A stretch of DNA of 64,000 nt. Origin: Candidatus Yanofskybacteria bacterium RIFCSPHIGHO2_01_FULL_41_21 (GTDB lineage Bacteria > Patescibacteriota > Minisyncoccia > 2-02-FULL-40-12 > GWA2-44-9). Below the pieces are notes generated by a model. The model had not been told where the DNA came from and ran no database searches. It worked only from the letters and a program-made list of their open reading frames with translations. The stretch's first letter is position 1. Each line of letters starts with the position of its first letter. Both the position numbers and the translations under genes were made by a program. Positions 9,673 through 20,402 of the stretch are shown here, piece by piece. Location of the stretch: the NCBI GenBank assembly GCA_001794025.1, contig MGJA01000007.1, positions 219-64,218 on the forward strand. Reading direction: 5' to 3'.

Positions 9673-12600
9673 CTAGAACAGTTTAAAGGGGGCCTTTAGG
9701 GCGGAGAAAATATCTGAAAATAAGCTCCCCACAAAACTAAACGGACCAGCACTAGAAGCGAGGTTTGTAGATGCTAATTGGGCTTGTGACCAAATAATCA
9801 TTGCATCATCTACGGCATCAGAAAGAGACCATCCCGCTATCTTGAAACTTTCACCATTTAGTTGGGTATTGCCTCTGGGGTCATACAATTCAATATAATT
9901 AAATAATGAAGCATATTTATCACTCGTCCATCTGTCAGGCAAACACTTAACAAAATTATCTTCTGCTTCATTGTTAAGCCCTTGATTCTTTAAACCTACC
10001 GTTACCAAGGCACAAACCCTGGCCCAGACCTTATTATCAAAGAACCAATTCGGTCTTGAATAAACTCCCAACCTGGATTCTTCATTAGTAGTATAACTTG
10101 GCGTATAAACAAGATTCCCTGAACCTTGATTGTTGTTATATGCACCTAAAACAGTATTTTTCACTCTCTGGCTTGTGAAGTTGTTTGTAAGTCCTATCAT
10201 AGCCATATCTGAAAAAGTTCTATTGTCATATGAACTACCAATCTTCTGGCCACTTGTTGTTATTAACCTTGAATATCTCCCAGATGCCGGATCATAACCG
10301 TTATTTTCTATGGAATTTTTTAAATTACTGGCTCTTTGGTAATATGTACCCTGGTCAGTATAATTCATGAAAGGAATACACTTTCTGGTAGCATTATATA
10401 GAAGAGCCGAAGAATAAACTGATTCACCATGAATCAAATCTGAACCAGAAAAATGGTCTATCCAGTCACCACCTTGTGTATCTAATAATCCATTTGGCTT
10501 AATATTATTAACAAATTCATAATTTAATGCCTTTAGTATATGGTTGTAAACGGTATCCATAGAACCATTCCTGTATTGTATATTTGTTTTTAGCCAATTG
10601 GAGTTTCCCATTTTTTCTACATAGGAACACGCGGCAAAAGCCAGCCATCCAACGTTATCTGACCCCCACCCTAAGTTGTTTGACCCAATTACAGGAGGGG
10701 TATTGTCCGGCTTAGACCTGTAGCCATCAGAAAAAATATTAAGACCATATGGAATTTGACCATTAGAAAACTGGGCGCTTTCCAGATAACTTTCTATGCC
10801 CCGCCTGGCCAAATCTGGGTCCAGATATAACAACCCTAGGGCTATTTGCGAAGTATCCCTGGCATTAACGGTCTCATTGTATATCCCCATCTGGTTTAGG
10901 GTTAACTTATCAACGAACGGATCCCAGAACATAGAGGTTGAGAGGGCAGAATATCCTAAAATTCTTAATTGGGTCTGAAGCTTAGCTGTTCTTGAACTTA
11001 GTCCGGGTATATTATCTGTTGTTGTTTTATAGAGGCCCTTAGTTGAATTCAGGACTGATTTTACAGTATTTATGTCTTTATATTTAACTATCAAGGCGTC
11101 CCTCTCGGATTGACTATTAAATGTCCCGACAATAAAAGCAAATTCACGACTTTCACCTGGATTTAGTGTGATATTAACTTGACCAGCAAGAATATCATCA
11201 GAAGACGCTAGGGAGTTTGTTAAATTACCAGAAACGACTGCTTGAGGATTACCTTCCGCGCCAGACCCCAAAAATGATGCCTTGGAAGAATCATAACCAA
11301 TCATGCCTTCTGTGCTCGTCAAGAACATATTCGGACTACCAGCTATGGTCAAAGTTTTAGTTATACTATCAAATGAAGCAGTTCCATCTGGCGCCATATC
11401 CTGATAGCTGAAAAATTTAAATTGTTTTGCCGTTGAACCAATATTTTTTACATTAACAAGTTGGATAATAACCGGATCTGAATGCTTATAATCTGGAACA
11501 AAATATGTTACCGAGGTCTCTAGATTTTTATAAGTTACACCTTCTTTTACATAACCTAAGCCAACCCTTGATTCAAATTTATCTTCATTTATTCCCGGTT
11601 GATAAGGATTGTTAGACCAATATGTGCTTCCATCGTTTACATACACCACCCCGCTTCCGGAGCTGGTAGGCATTAGTTTATTTAATGGATTCAATGTGTA
11701 GGCATTATTTGATGCTAGATTTGAATATTGTCTTGCCGGACTCCAGTTTGAACCATGAACATTTCTGTAGACCTTAATTCTTTCATTACTCAACCAGATT
11801 CCCTTTCCCTGAAAAGGATCCATTGCGGTTTTATCAGTAAGAACAAATTCGTTGTTATTTGTGTCAAAGTCATAACCTGATGTAGGTCCTCCTCCACAAC
11901 TTGGGACAACAAAAGTAGCAGAAGGGCCATGTTGGCCATTAAATGCTCTAGTGTAATAAGTCCCGGGATTAAGAACTAATTGAGGAAGGGGGCCAGGATA
12001 AGAACCGAATCCTGCCGGGGCCTGTATTGAATAAGAACTTCTGGCGACCGTATCGGGAAGATTTTTATTCCAGAACGAATGAGGAAAACCAGCATCTTTT
12101 GATATATCTACATAAAAACCATAAGTAGGATTGGGAGTACCTGACCATGAAATGGTGGCATTATACAGATTACCAGAACAGGAACCGAAAACAGTTGGTT
12201 GGCCGGGAGCTGTTCCAACTGGTGGGGGTGGAGGTGGGACGGAAGAACTACCACTAAAGAATATTCCGGACAAGACAGCATTATCTCCGGACACAAGTGA
12301 AATACGGATACGAACACTTCCTAAAATATCGTAAACCAAATATTTACCGTTCACAAAACTACTAACAACTCTGGAGTCCAGAACGGCGCCCGTTGCCAAA
12401 TCAAGAATATCAACGGTCTCCCCTCGATTCTTACTATCCCAGTCCAAAAAATAAAGAGCCATTCGGTGAGAATTGTTATCTTTGGGCACTACATCAACGG
12501 TAAATGTCCTCGGTGCATAAGCTACCGCCGCAATCCTGGCACTTGAAGAGCTTTTGTTCAAAGCCCGAATATCGGTTGTATTATCGGACCAAGTCCACAA

Positions 12601-15573
12601 TGAATTTCCACTTGGAGTTACGGTAAAATTGGAGATATTTGAACTTTCATTAAAGATAACCGACCCCTCGTTACCATAATTATTTTTCCAATTTCCTTGG
12701 GTTGAAGTATCGGTCGTGACAAAGCTTGCTCTTGCCGTCGCTCCACCACAATTTGGAACATTGAATGGCGTTACTGTGCTGTGCTGGCCATTAAAGACTC
12801 GGGTGTAATAGGTGCCAGGATTAAGGACTAGGGTCGGTAAAGGCATATCGGGCGGATAATAACCAAACCCTGTTGGAGCTTCGGTAGAATAAGTGGTTCC
12901 GGAAACATTTTTATTCCAAAAGGGTTTCGGTAAATTCCCATCACTTAGCACGCTCGTTGAAATATCTACATAGAAACCAAAAGTATTGGGAGTGCCGGAC
13001 CAAGAGATGGTGGCGTTACCGGTCCCGTTTAAACATGAGACGGAGACGGTTGGTTTAGTTGGGGCCGATCCAACCGGCGATCCTGGCCCTGGTCCCGGTC
13101 CTGGAACAGGTGCCGGGGTGCCAAAATTTCGGTTAGTCGATTCTTTTATAGCAAACCCTGAATAAGATACATTGCGAAAATTGGCCACCGCAGTCGCCCC
13201 CCCATCTTCTTGCATGATATTTCCTACAATAGCAGAAGGAGAGTGAGGAATATCAATTATTAGATTTAAATTAGCACTAGCAGAAGTGATCTGAATCTTT
13301 TTACTAAATCCATCATTATAAGTTCCCAATGTGGTAACAACAATATCAGAAACTTTTTGGACATTTTCTCCGCCAAATTGGATCAAAGCATAATTAGCAA
13401 AATACTGAGAAACATTGTTTGGATTCCTTAAAATAGACACTGCTACTGTCAGTTGCCCCATATTGGCAAAAATCCAATCATGGTTTAAGGCAGTACCATT
13501 TGAAGAAACTGAAGCAGAAAACTTATTAGAGGCAACTGAGGAACTAGTAAAAGATTGACCATACTGATGATCGTTCTCGGATAAATCTTGATTTAGAGTC
13601 ACAGCATGTGAACCAAAGCTCATATTTCCACTAACTGACATTAATTGTGAATAATAACCAGGAGACACGACCGATTGAGAGACCTGTACATCCCCATGAT
13701 TAAATAATTTTTTACCAACAAACAGTCCATTAAAACTAAATCCGGGCGTGGTAATAATCACACGATCTCCACCAGCTTCCTCTGACCCTTTATAACTAAC
13801 CCCTGATCCTGTAAAAGTAACACTGAACCCTGAATTGGAAGCACTTATACTGCCAGGATACACATTGGTCGTAATAGTTCCGTTAGGAGTTCCCGTTATG
13901 ATTAATAGGGCCGATCCAAATGACGATGTTTCGCCAACTGAAAAAATTGCCCAATAACCATCACTGCTTCTCACCCAATGGTATTGCCACTCAAAAATAA
14001 TATCTAATCCGCCATAATGCCAACCTTTTTGTTGTGGCGTAAGAATTGGTGGTGTGATTATAGGCGAGGGAGTTATCGTAGGTGTAGGTGTAATAGTCGG
14101 AGTTGGAGTTGTTGTTGGGGTCGGAGTGGTGGTTGGGGTAGAGGTCGGCGTCGGTGTAGTGCAAACAGGAACAGAAAAAGAGCCGGCTTGGCTGTGTTGA
14201 CCATTAAATACTCGGGTGTAATAAGTTGTACCGGGTTGGAGAGATAGGGTTTGGTTTTGGCTTGGATATATTCCCAGAAAACCGGAAGTAGTGGTTGATG
14301 TAGCGGAACTGACATTTTTGTTGTAGAAGGAACCGAAACCTGAATCATCATCCACGTCTATATAGAATCCGTAGCTGGAATTAGGGGTGCCTGACCAAGA
14401 TATAGTGGCGTTGTAAGCGCCGGATGAACAGGCCGAAAGACCCGAAACAACAGGTTGGGAAGGAGCGGGGGTTGGAGTGGCGGTGGAAGTAGGAGAAGAA
14501 CTTTTAATAAAATCAGCCGTTCCACAAGGAATATTCTCATAACCATTACCATTCATATATACGTGAGAATAGAATTGCCCGGAATCAACTCTGCCCACTT
14601 TGTGTTTAGAAAAATCTATTGTTGCCTTCCATGTTCCATTTCCTAAATTTGATCCTTGATACCAAATAAGATCATCTTGCCCATCAACGGACGACCAAGA
14701 TGGAAAATAAACCGTAGAAGTTGACTGTACACCATAAGCATAAACATCATGGGTGGATGCGTTATATGCGATAGTTGCATTTGAAGGCCCCGCACTTGTG
14801 CAAGAAGGTTTTTCTATTATCACCGGTGTCGGAGTGGGACATATCGGTACAGAAAAAGAATTTGCGGTACTGTGCTGACCATTAAAAACTCGGGTGTAAT
14901 AAGTTATACCGGGTTGAAGAGATAGGGTTTGGTTTTGACTTGGATATATTCCCAGAAAACCGGAAGTAGTGGTTGATGTAGCGGAACTGACATTTTTGTT
15001 GTAGAAGGAACCAAAACCTGAATCATCATCTACATCTACATAGAAGCCATAACTTGGGTTAGGGGTGCCTGACCAAGAGATGGTGGCGTTGTAAGCAATA
15101 TTTGAACAAGTCGGGAGACCGCTGATTACAGGTTGAGAGGGAGCAGGAGTCGGAGTGGGGGCAGGAGCAGTACAAGCGGGAACATTAAAAGAAATACCCG
15201 GAGAACTATTTGGGTAATGGGTTCCACTCCAAACTCTAGTATAATATGTGGTACCAGGATTTAATTGAATCGCCCCAGATGGGGTTGGCTCTCCAAATTG
15301 AGAAGCCCCGAAGCCACTTATGGCTTGGGTAGACCTTGATCCCCCTGAAACCTGTTTATTCCAAAAAGTTCCAAAAGAAATATCGGGAGTCACATCAACA
15401 AAATAGCCCCAAGTCGAATCTGGGGCCACATCCCAACTTATGTCTACTGAATAAGGACCACTGGCACATACTGGTTTACCGGAGATCCAAACACTGGCAG
15501 CACTGGAATCATTAGGCAGAGATAAAACACCAAAAACTATCAGACCACAAAAAACGGAGATCTTTTTTATCAT
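9673..15573 (-). CDS. giant secreted surface protein with six repeated ~100-aa modules and a C-terminal glycoside-hydrolase-like domain
   Basis: Signal peptide MIKKISVFCGLIVFGVLS. Six copies of a C..YNATISWSGTPN...GFYVD...YYTRVFNGQHS...VPxC module. PT-rich, PGPG and PPPPPP linkers. A ~900-aa C-terminal globular domain. Confidence 0.8.
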   Translation of the reverse strand: MIKKISVFCGLIVFGVLSLPNDSSAASVWISGKPVCASGPYSVDISWDVAPDSTWGYFVDVTPDISFGTFWNKQVSGGSRSTQAISGFGASQFGEPTPSGAIQLNPGTTYYTRVWSGTHYPNSSPGISFNVPACTAPAPTPTPAPSQPVISGLPTCSNIAYNATISWSGTPNPSYGFYVDVDDDSGFGSFYNKNVSSATSTTTSGFLGIYPSQNQTLSLQPGITYYTRVFNGQHSTANSFSVPICPTPTPVIIEKPSCTSAGPSNATIAYNASTHDVYAYGVQSTSTVYFPSWSSVDGQDDLIWYQGSNLGNGTWKATIDFSKHKVGRVDSGQFYSHVYMNGNGYENIPCGTADFIKSSSPTSTATPTPAPSQPVVSGLSACSSGAYNATISWSGTPNSSYGFYIDVDDDSGFGSFYNKNVSSATSTTTSGFLGIYPSQNQTLSLQPGTTYYTRVFNGQHSQAGSFSVPVCTTPTPTSTPTTTPTPTTTPTPTITPTPTITPSPIITPPILTPQQKGWHYGGLDIIFEWQYHWVRSSDGYWAIFSVGETSSFGSALLIITGTPNGTITTNVYPGSISASNSGFSVTFTGSGVSYKGSEEAGGDRVIITTPGFSFNGLFVGKKLFNHGDVQVSQSVVSPGYYSQLMSVSGNMSFGSHAVTLNQDLSENDHQYGQSFTSSSVASNKFSASVSSNGTALNHDWIFANMGQLTVAVSILRNPNNVSQYFANYALIQFGGENVQKVSDIVVTTLGTYNDGFSKKIQITSASANLNLIIDIPHSPSAIVGNIMQEDGGATAVANFRNVSYSGFAIKESTNRNFGTPAPVPGPGPGPGSPVGSAPTKPTVSVSCLNGTGNATISWSGTPNTFGFYVDISTSVLSDGNLPKPFWNKNVSGTTYSTEAPTGFGYYPPDMPLPTLVLNPGTYYTRVFNGQHSTVTPFNVPNCGGATARASFVTTDTSTQGNWKNNYGNEGSVIFNESSNISNFTVTPSGNSLWTWSDNTTDIRALNKSSSSARIAAVAYAPRTFTVDVVPKDNNSHRMALYFLDWDSKNRGETVDILDLATGAVLDSRVVSSFVNGKYLVYDILGSVRIRISLVSGDNAVLSGIFFSGSSSVPPPPPPVGTAPGQPTVFGSCSGNLYNATISWSGTPNPTYGFYVDISKDAGFPHSFWNKNLPDTVARSSYSIQAPAGFGSYPGPLPQLVLNPGTYYTRAFNGQHGPSATFVVPSCGGGPTSGYDFDTNNNEFVLTDKTAMDPFQGKGIWLSNERIKVYRNVHGSNWSPARQYSNLASNNAYTLNPLNKLMPTSSGSGVVYVNDGSTYWSNNPYQPGINEDKFESRVGLGYVKEGVTYKNLETSVTYFVPDYKHSDPVIIQLVNVKNIGSTAKQFKFFSYQDMAPDGTASFDSITKTLTIAGSPNMFLTSTEGMIGYDSSKASFLGSGAEGNPQAVVSGNLTNSLASSDDILAGQVNITLNPGESREFAFIVGTFNSQSERDALIVKYKDINTVKSVLNSTKGLYKTTTDNIPGLSSRTAKLQTQLRILGYSALSTSMFWDPFVDKLTLNQMGIYNETVNARDTSQIALGLLYLDPDLARRGIESYLESAQFSNGQIPYGLNIFSDGYRSKPDNTPPVIGSNNLGWGSDNVGWLAFAACSYVEKMGNSNWLKTNIQYRNGSMDTVYNHILKALNYEFVNNIKPNGLLDTQGGDWIDHFSGSDLIHGESVYSSALLYNATRKCIPFMNYTDQGTYYQRASNLKNSIENNGYDPASGRYSRLITTSGQKIGSSYDNRTFSDMAMIGLTNNFTSQRVKNTVLGAYNNNQGSGNLVYTPSYTTNEESRLGVYSRPNWFFDNKVWARVCALVTVGLKNQGLNNEAEDNFVKCLPDRWTSDKYASLFNYIELYDPRGNTQLNGESFKIAGWSLSDAVDDAMIIWSQAQLASTNLASSAGPFSFVGSLFSDIFSALKAPFKLF
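14180..15090 (-). repeat. intragenic near-identical DNA repeats (~240 bp each, ~670 bp apart)
   Basis: Positions 14180-14420 and 14850-15090 share long near-identical stretches (for example cccagaaaaccggaagtagtggttgatgtagcggaactgacatttttgttgtagaagg). They encode two copies of the same protein module. Confidence 0.7.
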
Positions 15574-15620
15574 TTTAGATATATTCTCATGGTACTATAA
15601 AATAGTAAATAATTATCCAC

Positions 15621-18314
15621 TTATTTTATTTCCTCCATCTCGGACCAATTATCACCGCACTTGGCATCAACAATAATCGGAACATTGAAATGATGAGCCG
15701 ATTCCATAATTTCTTTAATTTCTTTTGAAACTTTTTCAACCAAATCTCGTCTGACCTCAAATAACAGTTCATCATGAACCTGAAGCAACATCCTGACAGC
15801 TTGTCCTGAGCCCGTCGAAGGATCATTAAAATATTTTTCATCAATAAGTTTCTGAACGTTAATCATAGCGATTTTAATAAGGTCGGCTGAAGTACCCTGA
15901 ACCGGCATATTAATGGCCATCCGTTCAGCGCTGGCCCGAAGCATTGGCATAGTTGAAAGGATATCAGGAATCGGCCGACGACGACCAAAAAGTGTTGATA
16001 CATAACCATCTTTCCGGGCCTTCTGTTTTGTTTCTTCCATAAATCTGGCCAGCCCCGAAAATTCTTTATTATAATTATCAATAAAAATCTTTGCTTCTGC
16101 CCGGCTCACACCAGACGCCCGCTGAAATCCCAGCAAGCCCATACCGTAGAGAACGCCAAAATTTAACGTCTTGGCCTGCCGGCGCATTTCTTGGGTTACG
16201 GCTGAAGCGTCAACTCCAAAAACATTAGCAGCGGTTCTGGTGTGAATATCTTCTCCCCTCTTAAAAGCATCGGTCATGTCGGGATCACCTGAAAGATGGG
16301 CGGCAACCCGTAAATCAAGTTGAGAATAATCACAAGACAACAGAACAAAATCTTTTTCTGCAATAAATGCTTTTCTGAATTCTTGGCCAATCTCGGTCCG
16401 AACAGGGATATTTTGCAGATTTGGATCTTGGCTTGATAATCGTCCGGTGGTGGTACCGGTCTGGTTATAAGTTGTATGGACCCGCCCCTCTGAATCAATC
16501 AAGGTCGGGAACGGTTCAATATAGGTTGTTTTGAGCTTCTGAAGTTCACGATACTTTAAGATAAGATTAATAATCGGATGCTCTTCAGCCAGTTTCTCAA
16601 GTTCGCCATGGGCCGTTGAAAGGGCTCCCTTGCCCGTCTTACGGACCTTGCCTTTTAAATCCAGTCCGGCAGGTGCCGGATCAAACAACACCACCGACAA
16701 TTGTTTGGGGGAATTAATGTTAAATTTTCCGCCGGCCATTTTCGAAATTTTTTCTTCAAGATTATTAAGTTCTTTCGTGATAATAATGCTAAGTTTTTCC
16801 AATCCCTTCACATCAATTTTAATCCCCGCCCGTTCCATTAAAGCCAAGATCGGACTTAACGGCAATTCTATATCGTTTAGAACTTTCGTCAGATCAAATT
16901 CCCTTAATTTCATCTCGTAGTGTTCCTTGAGCATGTCTATATATCCAAGCCGTTTGAGCGGTTCGGGCCCCATGTCCCGTCCAAATTCCAAGAAAAACAA
17001 TCTTTCCAGAAGAAAATCCTTAACCTCCGAATTCAAAAGATAGGCGGCTAACTTTGTATCAAATACAAACCCGGCGGGGGTTATTCCTTTTTCAAGTGCC
17101 CAGCGGTAAATCATCTTTATGTCATGACCAATTTTTTTAATATTCGGATTGCTTATAATTTTACCGAATTGGGTCAAAACATTTCCGTCTTTTAATATTG
17201 TTTCAGGGAACCCTTGGCTGGAAACGATGCCGTCTTTGTCTGAAAACCTAAGCAATACAATCCCCAGATGAATATCCAAAACAACTTCATCTGCAGATTC
17301 CAATTGGTGTAATATTTTTCCCACCTCGTCTGCCGAACCGGCAAAAACTGTTTTGATATCATCCTTGGGGGCATCAAATAAGCTGGCCGGCTCTGAAGTA
17401 CTCCCATTTATTTCTCCCAAACGTTTCACAATATTATACAGGGCCAAGTCCTTAAGCAGTTTCTCAAGAGCCAACTTGTCCAAGTGTTTCCGCCATTCAG
17501 TTTTCCCTAAATCAAAATCAATATCAACGTCCCGAATAATCGTCGCTAAGTGTTTAGAAAAAAACGCTTGGTCTTTGTTATCAATAAGTTTCTGAATCAG
17601 TTTTTCTGATAATTCTTTATTTTTTATCTTTGATTTTTTATCTTTGATATCTTCAATGTTTTTATATAAATTCTCTAAACTTCCAAATGTACCGATAAGC
17701 ATTGAGGCCGTCTTGTCCCCAATCCCTGGCACTCCCGGAATATTGTCGGACGGATCGCCTTTCAAACCTTTAAAATCAATGAGCTGGGACGGTTCCAAAC
17801 CGTAGCGGGCTTTAACCTCTTTTTCGTTATAAGTAACTGTATCCGTCACACCTTTACGGAGCGTGAAAACAACAACTTTGTCCCCTTCCACCAACTGAAG
17901 CGTGTCTAAATCACCGGTCATGATAATAACCTGCAAATCATCAACGGTCTTGGCTTGTTCCGCCAACGCGCCGATCAAATCATCGGCCTCAAATCCCGCC
18001 TTTTCAAAAATTGGAATACCAAACTTGGTCAAAATTTCCTTAATATACGGAATCTGCAAATAAAGTTCATCCGGTGCTTTAACACGATGACTCTTGTATT
18101 CAGCAAACTCTTCATGCCGAAAAGTCGCCCCCGGTAAATCAAAAGTGGCTACAATATAATCCGGCTTTAAATCTTTAATCATCTTGATCATCACCGACAT
18201 AAATCCGAAAATAGCGTTTGTCGGAACGCCCGTGGAAGTATTAAGTGTCGGCGGGAGAGCATGAAACGCCCGATGGACTAACGCATTGGAATCTATTAAA
18301 ACCAGCTTCTTCAT
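15621..18314 (-). CDS. polA: DNA polymerase I
   Basis: 5'-nuclease N-terminus (MKKLVLIDSNALVHRAFHALPP) and pol A motifs (DYSQLDLR, QVHDELLFE). The start is set at MKKL rather than at the longer ORF start. Confidence 0.9.
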   Translation of the reverse strand: MKKLVLIDSNALVHRAFHALPPTLNTSTGVPTNAIFGFMSVMIKMIKDLKPDYIVATFDLPGATFRHEEFAEYKSHRVKAPDELYLQIPYIKEILTKFGIPIFEKAGFEADDLIGALAEQAKTVDDLQVIIMTGDLDTLQLVEGDKVVVFTLRKGVTDTVTYNEKEVKARYGLEPSQLIDFKGLKGDPSDNIPGVPGIGDKTASMLIGTFGSLENLYKNIEDIKDKKSKIKNKELSEKLIQKLIDNKDQAFFSKHLATIIRDVDIDFDLGKTEWRKHLDKLALEKLLKDLALYNIVKRLGEINGSTSEPASLFDAPKDDIKTVFAGSADEVGKILHQLESADEVVLDIHLGIVLLRFSDKDGIVSSQGFPETILKDGNVLTQFGKIISNPNIKKIGHDIKMIYRWALEKGITPAGFVFDTKLAAYLLNSEVKDFLLERLFFLEFGRDMGPEPLKRLGYIDMLKEHYEMKLREFDLTKVLNDIELPLSPILALMERAGIKIDVKGLEKLSIIITKELNNLEEKISKMAGGKFNINSPKQLSVVLFDPAPAGLDLKGKVRKTGKGALSTAHGELEKLAEEHPIINLILKYRELQKLKTTYIEPFPTLIDSEGRVHTTYNQTGTTTGRLSSQDPNLQNIPVRTEIGQEFRKAFIAEKDFVLLSCDYSQLDLRVAAHLSGDPDMTDAFKRGEDIHTRTAANVFGVDASAVTQEMRRQAKTLNFGVLYGMGLLGFQRASGVSRAEAKIFIDNYNKEFSGLARFMEETKQKARKDGYVSTLFGRRRPIPDILSTMPMLRASAERMAINMPVQGTSADLIKIAMINVQKLIDEKYFNDPSTGSGQAVRMLLQVHDELLFEVRRDLVEKVSKEIKEIMESAHHFNVPIIVDAKCGDNWSEMEEIK

Positions 18315-18427
18315 AATTGCATAATAATTGAGAACTAACCCTTTCGCCCCAGACCCAGGAAACCAGTCCCGTCGGTTTCCCCACTGCTGTGGGTCCCCTT
18401 CCACTACTGGGTCTTAAAGGTCGGTTC

Positions 18428-18898
18428 TCAATTATTTTCTGTTATTGATATGTTTCTTGTTTGTTCCGAGACACCTGCCCGTCCAACTGGCGGGTGGTCT
18501 ATATGGATTATCCAGTGATTTTTTGGGAGAATATCCGCTACTCGTTCCGCCCATTCAATCAAAATAATCGTCCCCCGAAGATGGACAATATCTCCACCGC
18601 CAAGCGGAATCAAATCAACAGAATTATTTAATCTGTAACAATCTAGATGATAAAGAGTGTGATAATTGGGCACGTTATGTATGCCATAATGCTTCATTAA
18701 AACAAAAGTGGGACTTTTTAAATGTTTCTGCACCCCTAACGCTTCGGCAAAGGCCTGCGTAAAAGTCGTTTTGCCTGCACCAAGTTCACCTTCCAAAGCA
18801 ATGACAATTGGTTTACCGCCACCTTCCCGCGTTAATTCCAATGCCTGCTCTTTAGCAAATTTTTGAGTATCTTCAGGACTGTGAGAAATATATTGCAT
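18428..18898 (-). CDS. tsaE: tRNA threonylcarbamoyladenosine biosynthesis protein TsaE
   Basis: P-loop GELGAGKTTFTQ in a ~150-aa YjeE-family protein. Confidence 0.85.
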   Translation of the reverse strand: MQYISHSPEDTQKFAKEQALELTREGGGKPIVIALEGELGAGKTTFTQAFAEALGVQKHLKSPTFVLMKHYGIHNVPNYHTLYHLDCYRLNNSVDLIPLGGGDIVHLRGTIILIEWAERVADILPKNHWIIHIDHPPVGRAGVSEQTRNISITENN

Positions 18899-19115
18899 CC
18901 CGCTTATAATAGCTTTTTTAGGTTATTTTTCAACCCCGCCGTTGAAGAACAGTAAGACCCCACAAGAGCGAACTGAAACCTAATAGTGACTATCGGTGTT
19001 GAAATATCTCGTTACAATAAAAAATGAAACCACTGTTCTTCAACGGCGGGGCCAATAAAAAACGGCCGGCGCCTGATACCCGAAGGTATCATTCACCGGC
19101 CACGTACAACCCGCC

Positions 19116-20225
19116 TTACGACGGCTTCGTCGGAGGTGCTTCATTGGCTTCAATCTTTCTGAAGACCTTCCCCACGACCCCTACGGCGCCTTCCAGTAAA
19201 CCATTCTGACCATCGTGAAATACGAAGGTCCCGGCACCTTTACCCATCTCCAGTGCCGCCTTTGTCCTGTCGTCAATGGTCATATAGTCCGCCGCTGATT
19301 GGGATGTCCTAAGTTTTAGGGCTGGGTCTCCGTCCTTTCTCCAGCCAAAAATCTTGGCAACCTTTTGTAGGGGCGCGGCTTTGCTTTCCGCTTCAAGAAT
19401 CTCCTTCTGCTTTTGAGCTTCAGCATCCAAGATAATCTTCTGCTTCTCACCTTCAGCAGTAGTAATCTTGGCTTTCTTTTCTTGTTCAGCTGCGAGAACG
19501 CTCTGGGTAGCAGTAGCCACCAACGCCTCGCCAGCTTTCCTTGCCTCAAATGGGGCCTGGAGAACTTTCCTTACTGATTCTGGTGGAACAACTTCCTCCA
19601 TCTTGAACCATATTACCTTATCCCCCCAATGTTCCACCCCATCACTTATCCCTTCGATGATTTCGTTCTTGATGACATCAGGTTTATCAAGAATTCCTGG
19701 AATTTCTTCAGTTCCTTGAAGAGGATGCTTACCGAAGACACTTCGGATAGTACCATTGGCAATCACTTTGAGTGATTCTCGGACTGGCCCGGCAAGCGCG
19801 AAAGTACTCTTGTAAGCAGCATCGGGATCTTCTCCCATTTGATTACCAATTTGAAATTGGACTTCGGGAATCGTGATACCATCTTGGGTTATGGTGTTTT
19901 TAACGATGAAGATGCGGCTGAATATCCGGGTAGACCGAACACCTTTTGGTGTTTTCTTGTATCTTCTATCAATTCCGTCTTCTCGAATAAGTTCTACCTG
20001 CCCAGCTTCAGTTGTTGAAGTTGGCATATTCTCGGTTTCGGTCTGTCTTGAAGTTGCAATCTCTTCAATACCCCGAATCGTGAATTGAAGACCGGGGTCG
20101 AGAGTCCGGAAATATTTCCCGAAAATCGTCATCACCCAACGCTCATCTTGCGGAACCTGATTCGGCTTAGCAAAGATGATGAATAAAACCAGTAACCAAA
20201 TCACCATGTCCAGTCCTGTCATCAT
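19116..20225 (-). CDS. SPFH/band-7 (stomatin/flotillin-like) membrane protein
   Basis: N-terminal TM helix, SPFH core, and a coiled-coil rich in AEQEKKAK. Confidence 0.75.
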   Translation of the reverse strand: MMTGLDMVIWLLVLFIIFAKPNQVPQDERWVMTIFGKYFRTLDPGLQFTIRGIEEIATSRQTETENMPTSTTEAGQVELIREDGIDRRYKKTPKGVRSTRIFSRIFIVKNTITQDGITIPEVQFQIGNQMGEDPDAAYKSTFALAGPVRESLKVIANGTIRSVFGKHPLQGTEEIPGILDKPDVIKNEIIEGISDGVEHWGDKVIWFKMEEVVPPESVRKVLQAPFEARKAGEALVATATQSVLAAEQEKKAKITTAEGEKQKIILDAEAQKQKEILEAESKAAPLQKVAKIFGWRKDGDPALKLRTSQSAADYMTIDDRTKAALEMGKGAGTFVFHDGQNGLLEGAVGVVGKVFRKIEANEAPPTKPS

Positions 20226-20339
20226 AGACCTCCTAACGGGTTTCTGAAATATTATGTAAACGAGCTTTCGTCCTCTGTTTCGTATTCATACTATACTATG
20301 TTTTTTAGTATTTTGTCAAACTTTAATCGTCTTATAAAA

Positions 20340-20398
20340 ATTAAAAAACTGCGGTATCGGGTTCGCCCGATACCGCAGTCGCGTGGGCCTTTCGGCCC
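20340..20398 (-). terminator. rho-independent terminator (two consecutive hairpins)
   Basis: Minus-strand 13-bp stem ctgcggtatcggg-cgaa-cccgataccgcag followed by TTTTTT. A second hairpin is gggcc-gaaa-ggccc. Confidence 0.6.
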
Positions 20399-20402
20399 GT
20401 AC

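Noticed and set aside
15621-18404. Longer polA ORF starting at 18404 (MEGDPQQW...)
   Set aside because: The conserved 5'-nuclease N-terminus begins at MKKLVLID (18314). The upstream extension overlaps the structured spacer and has no homology-like features.
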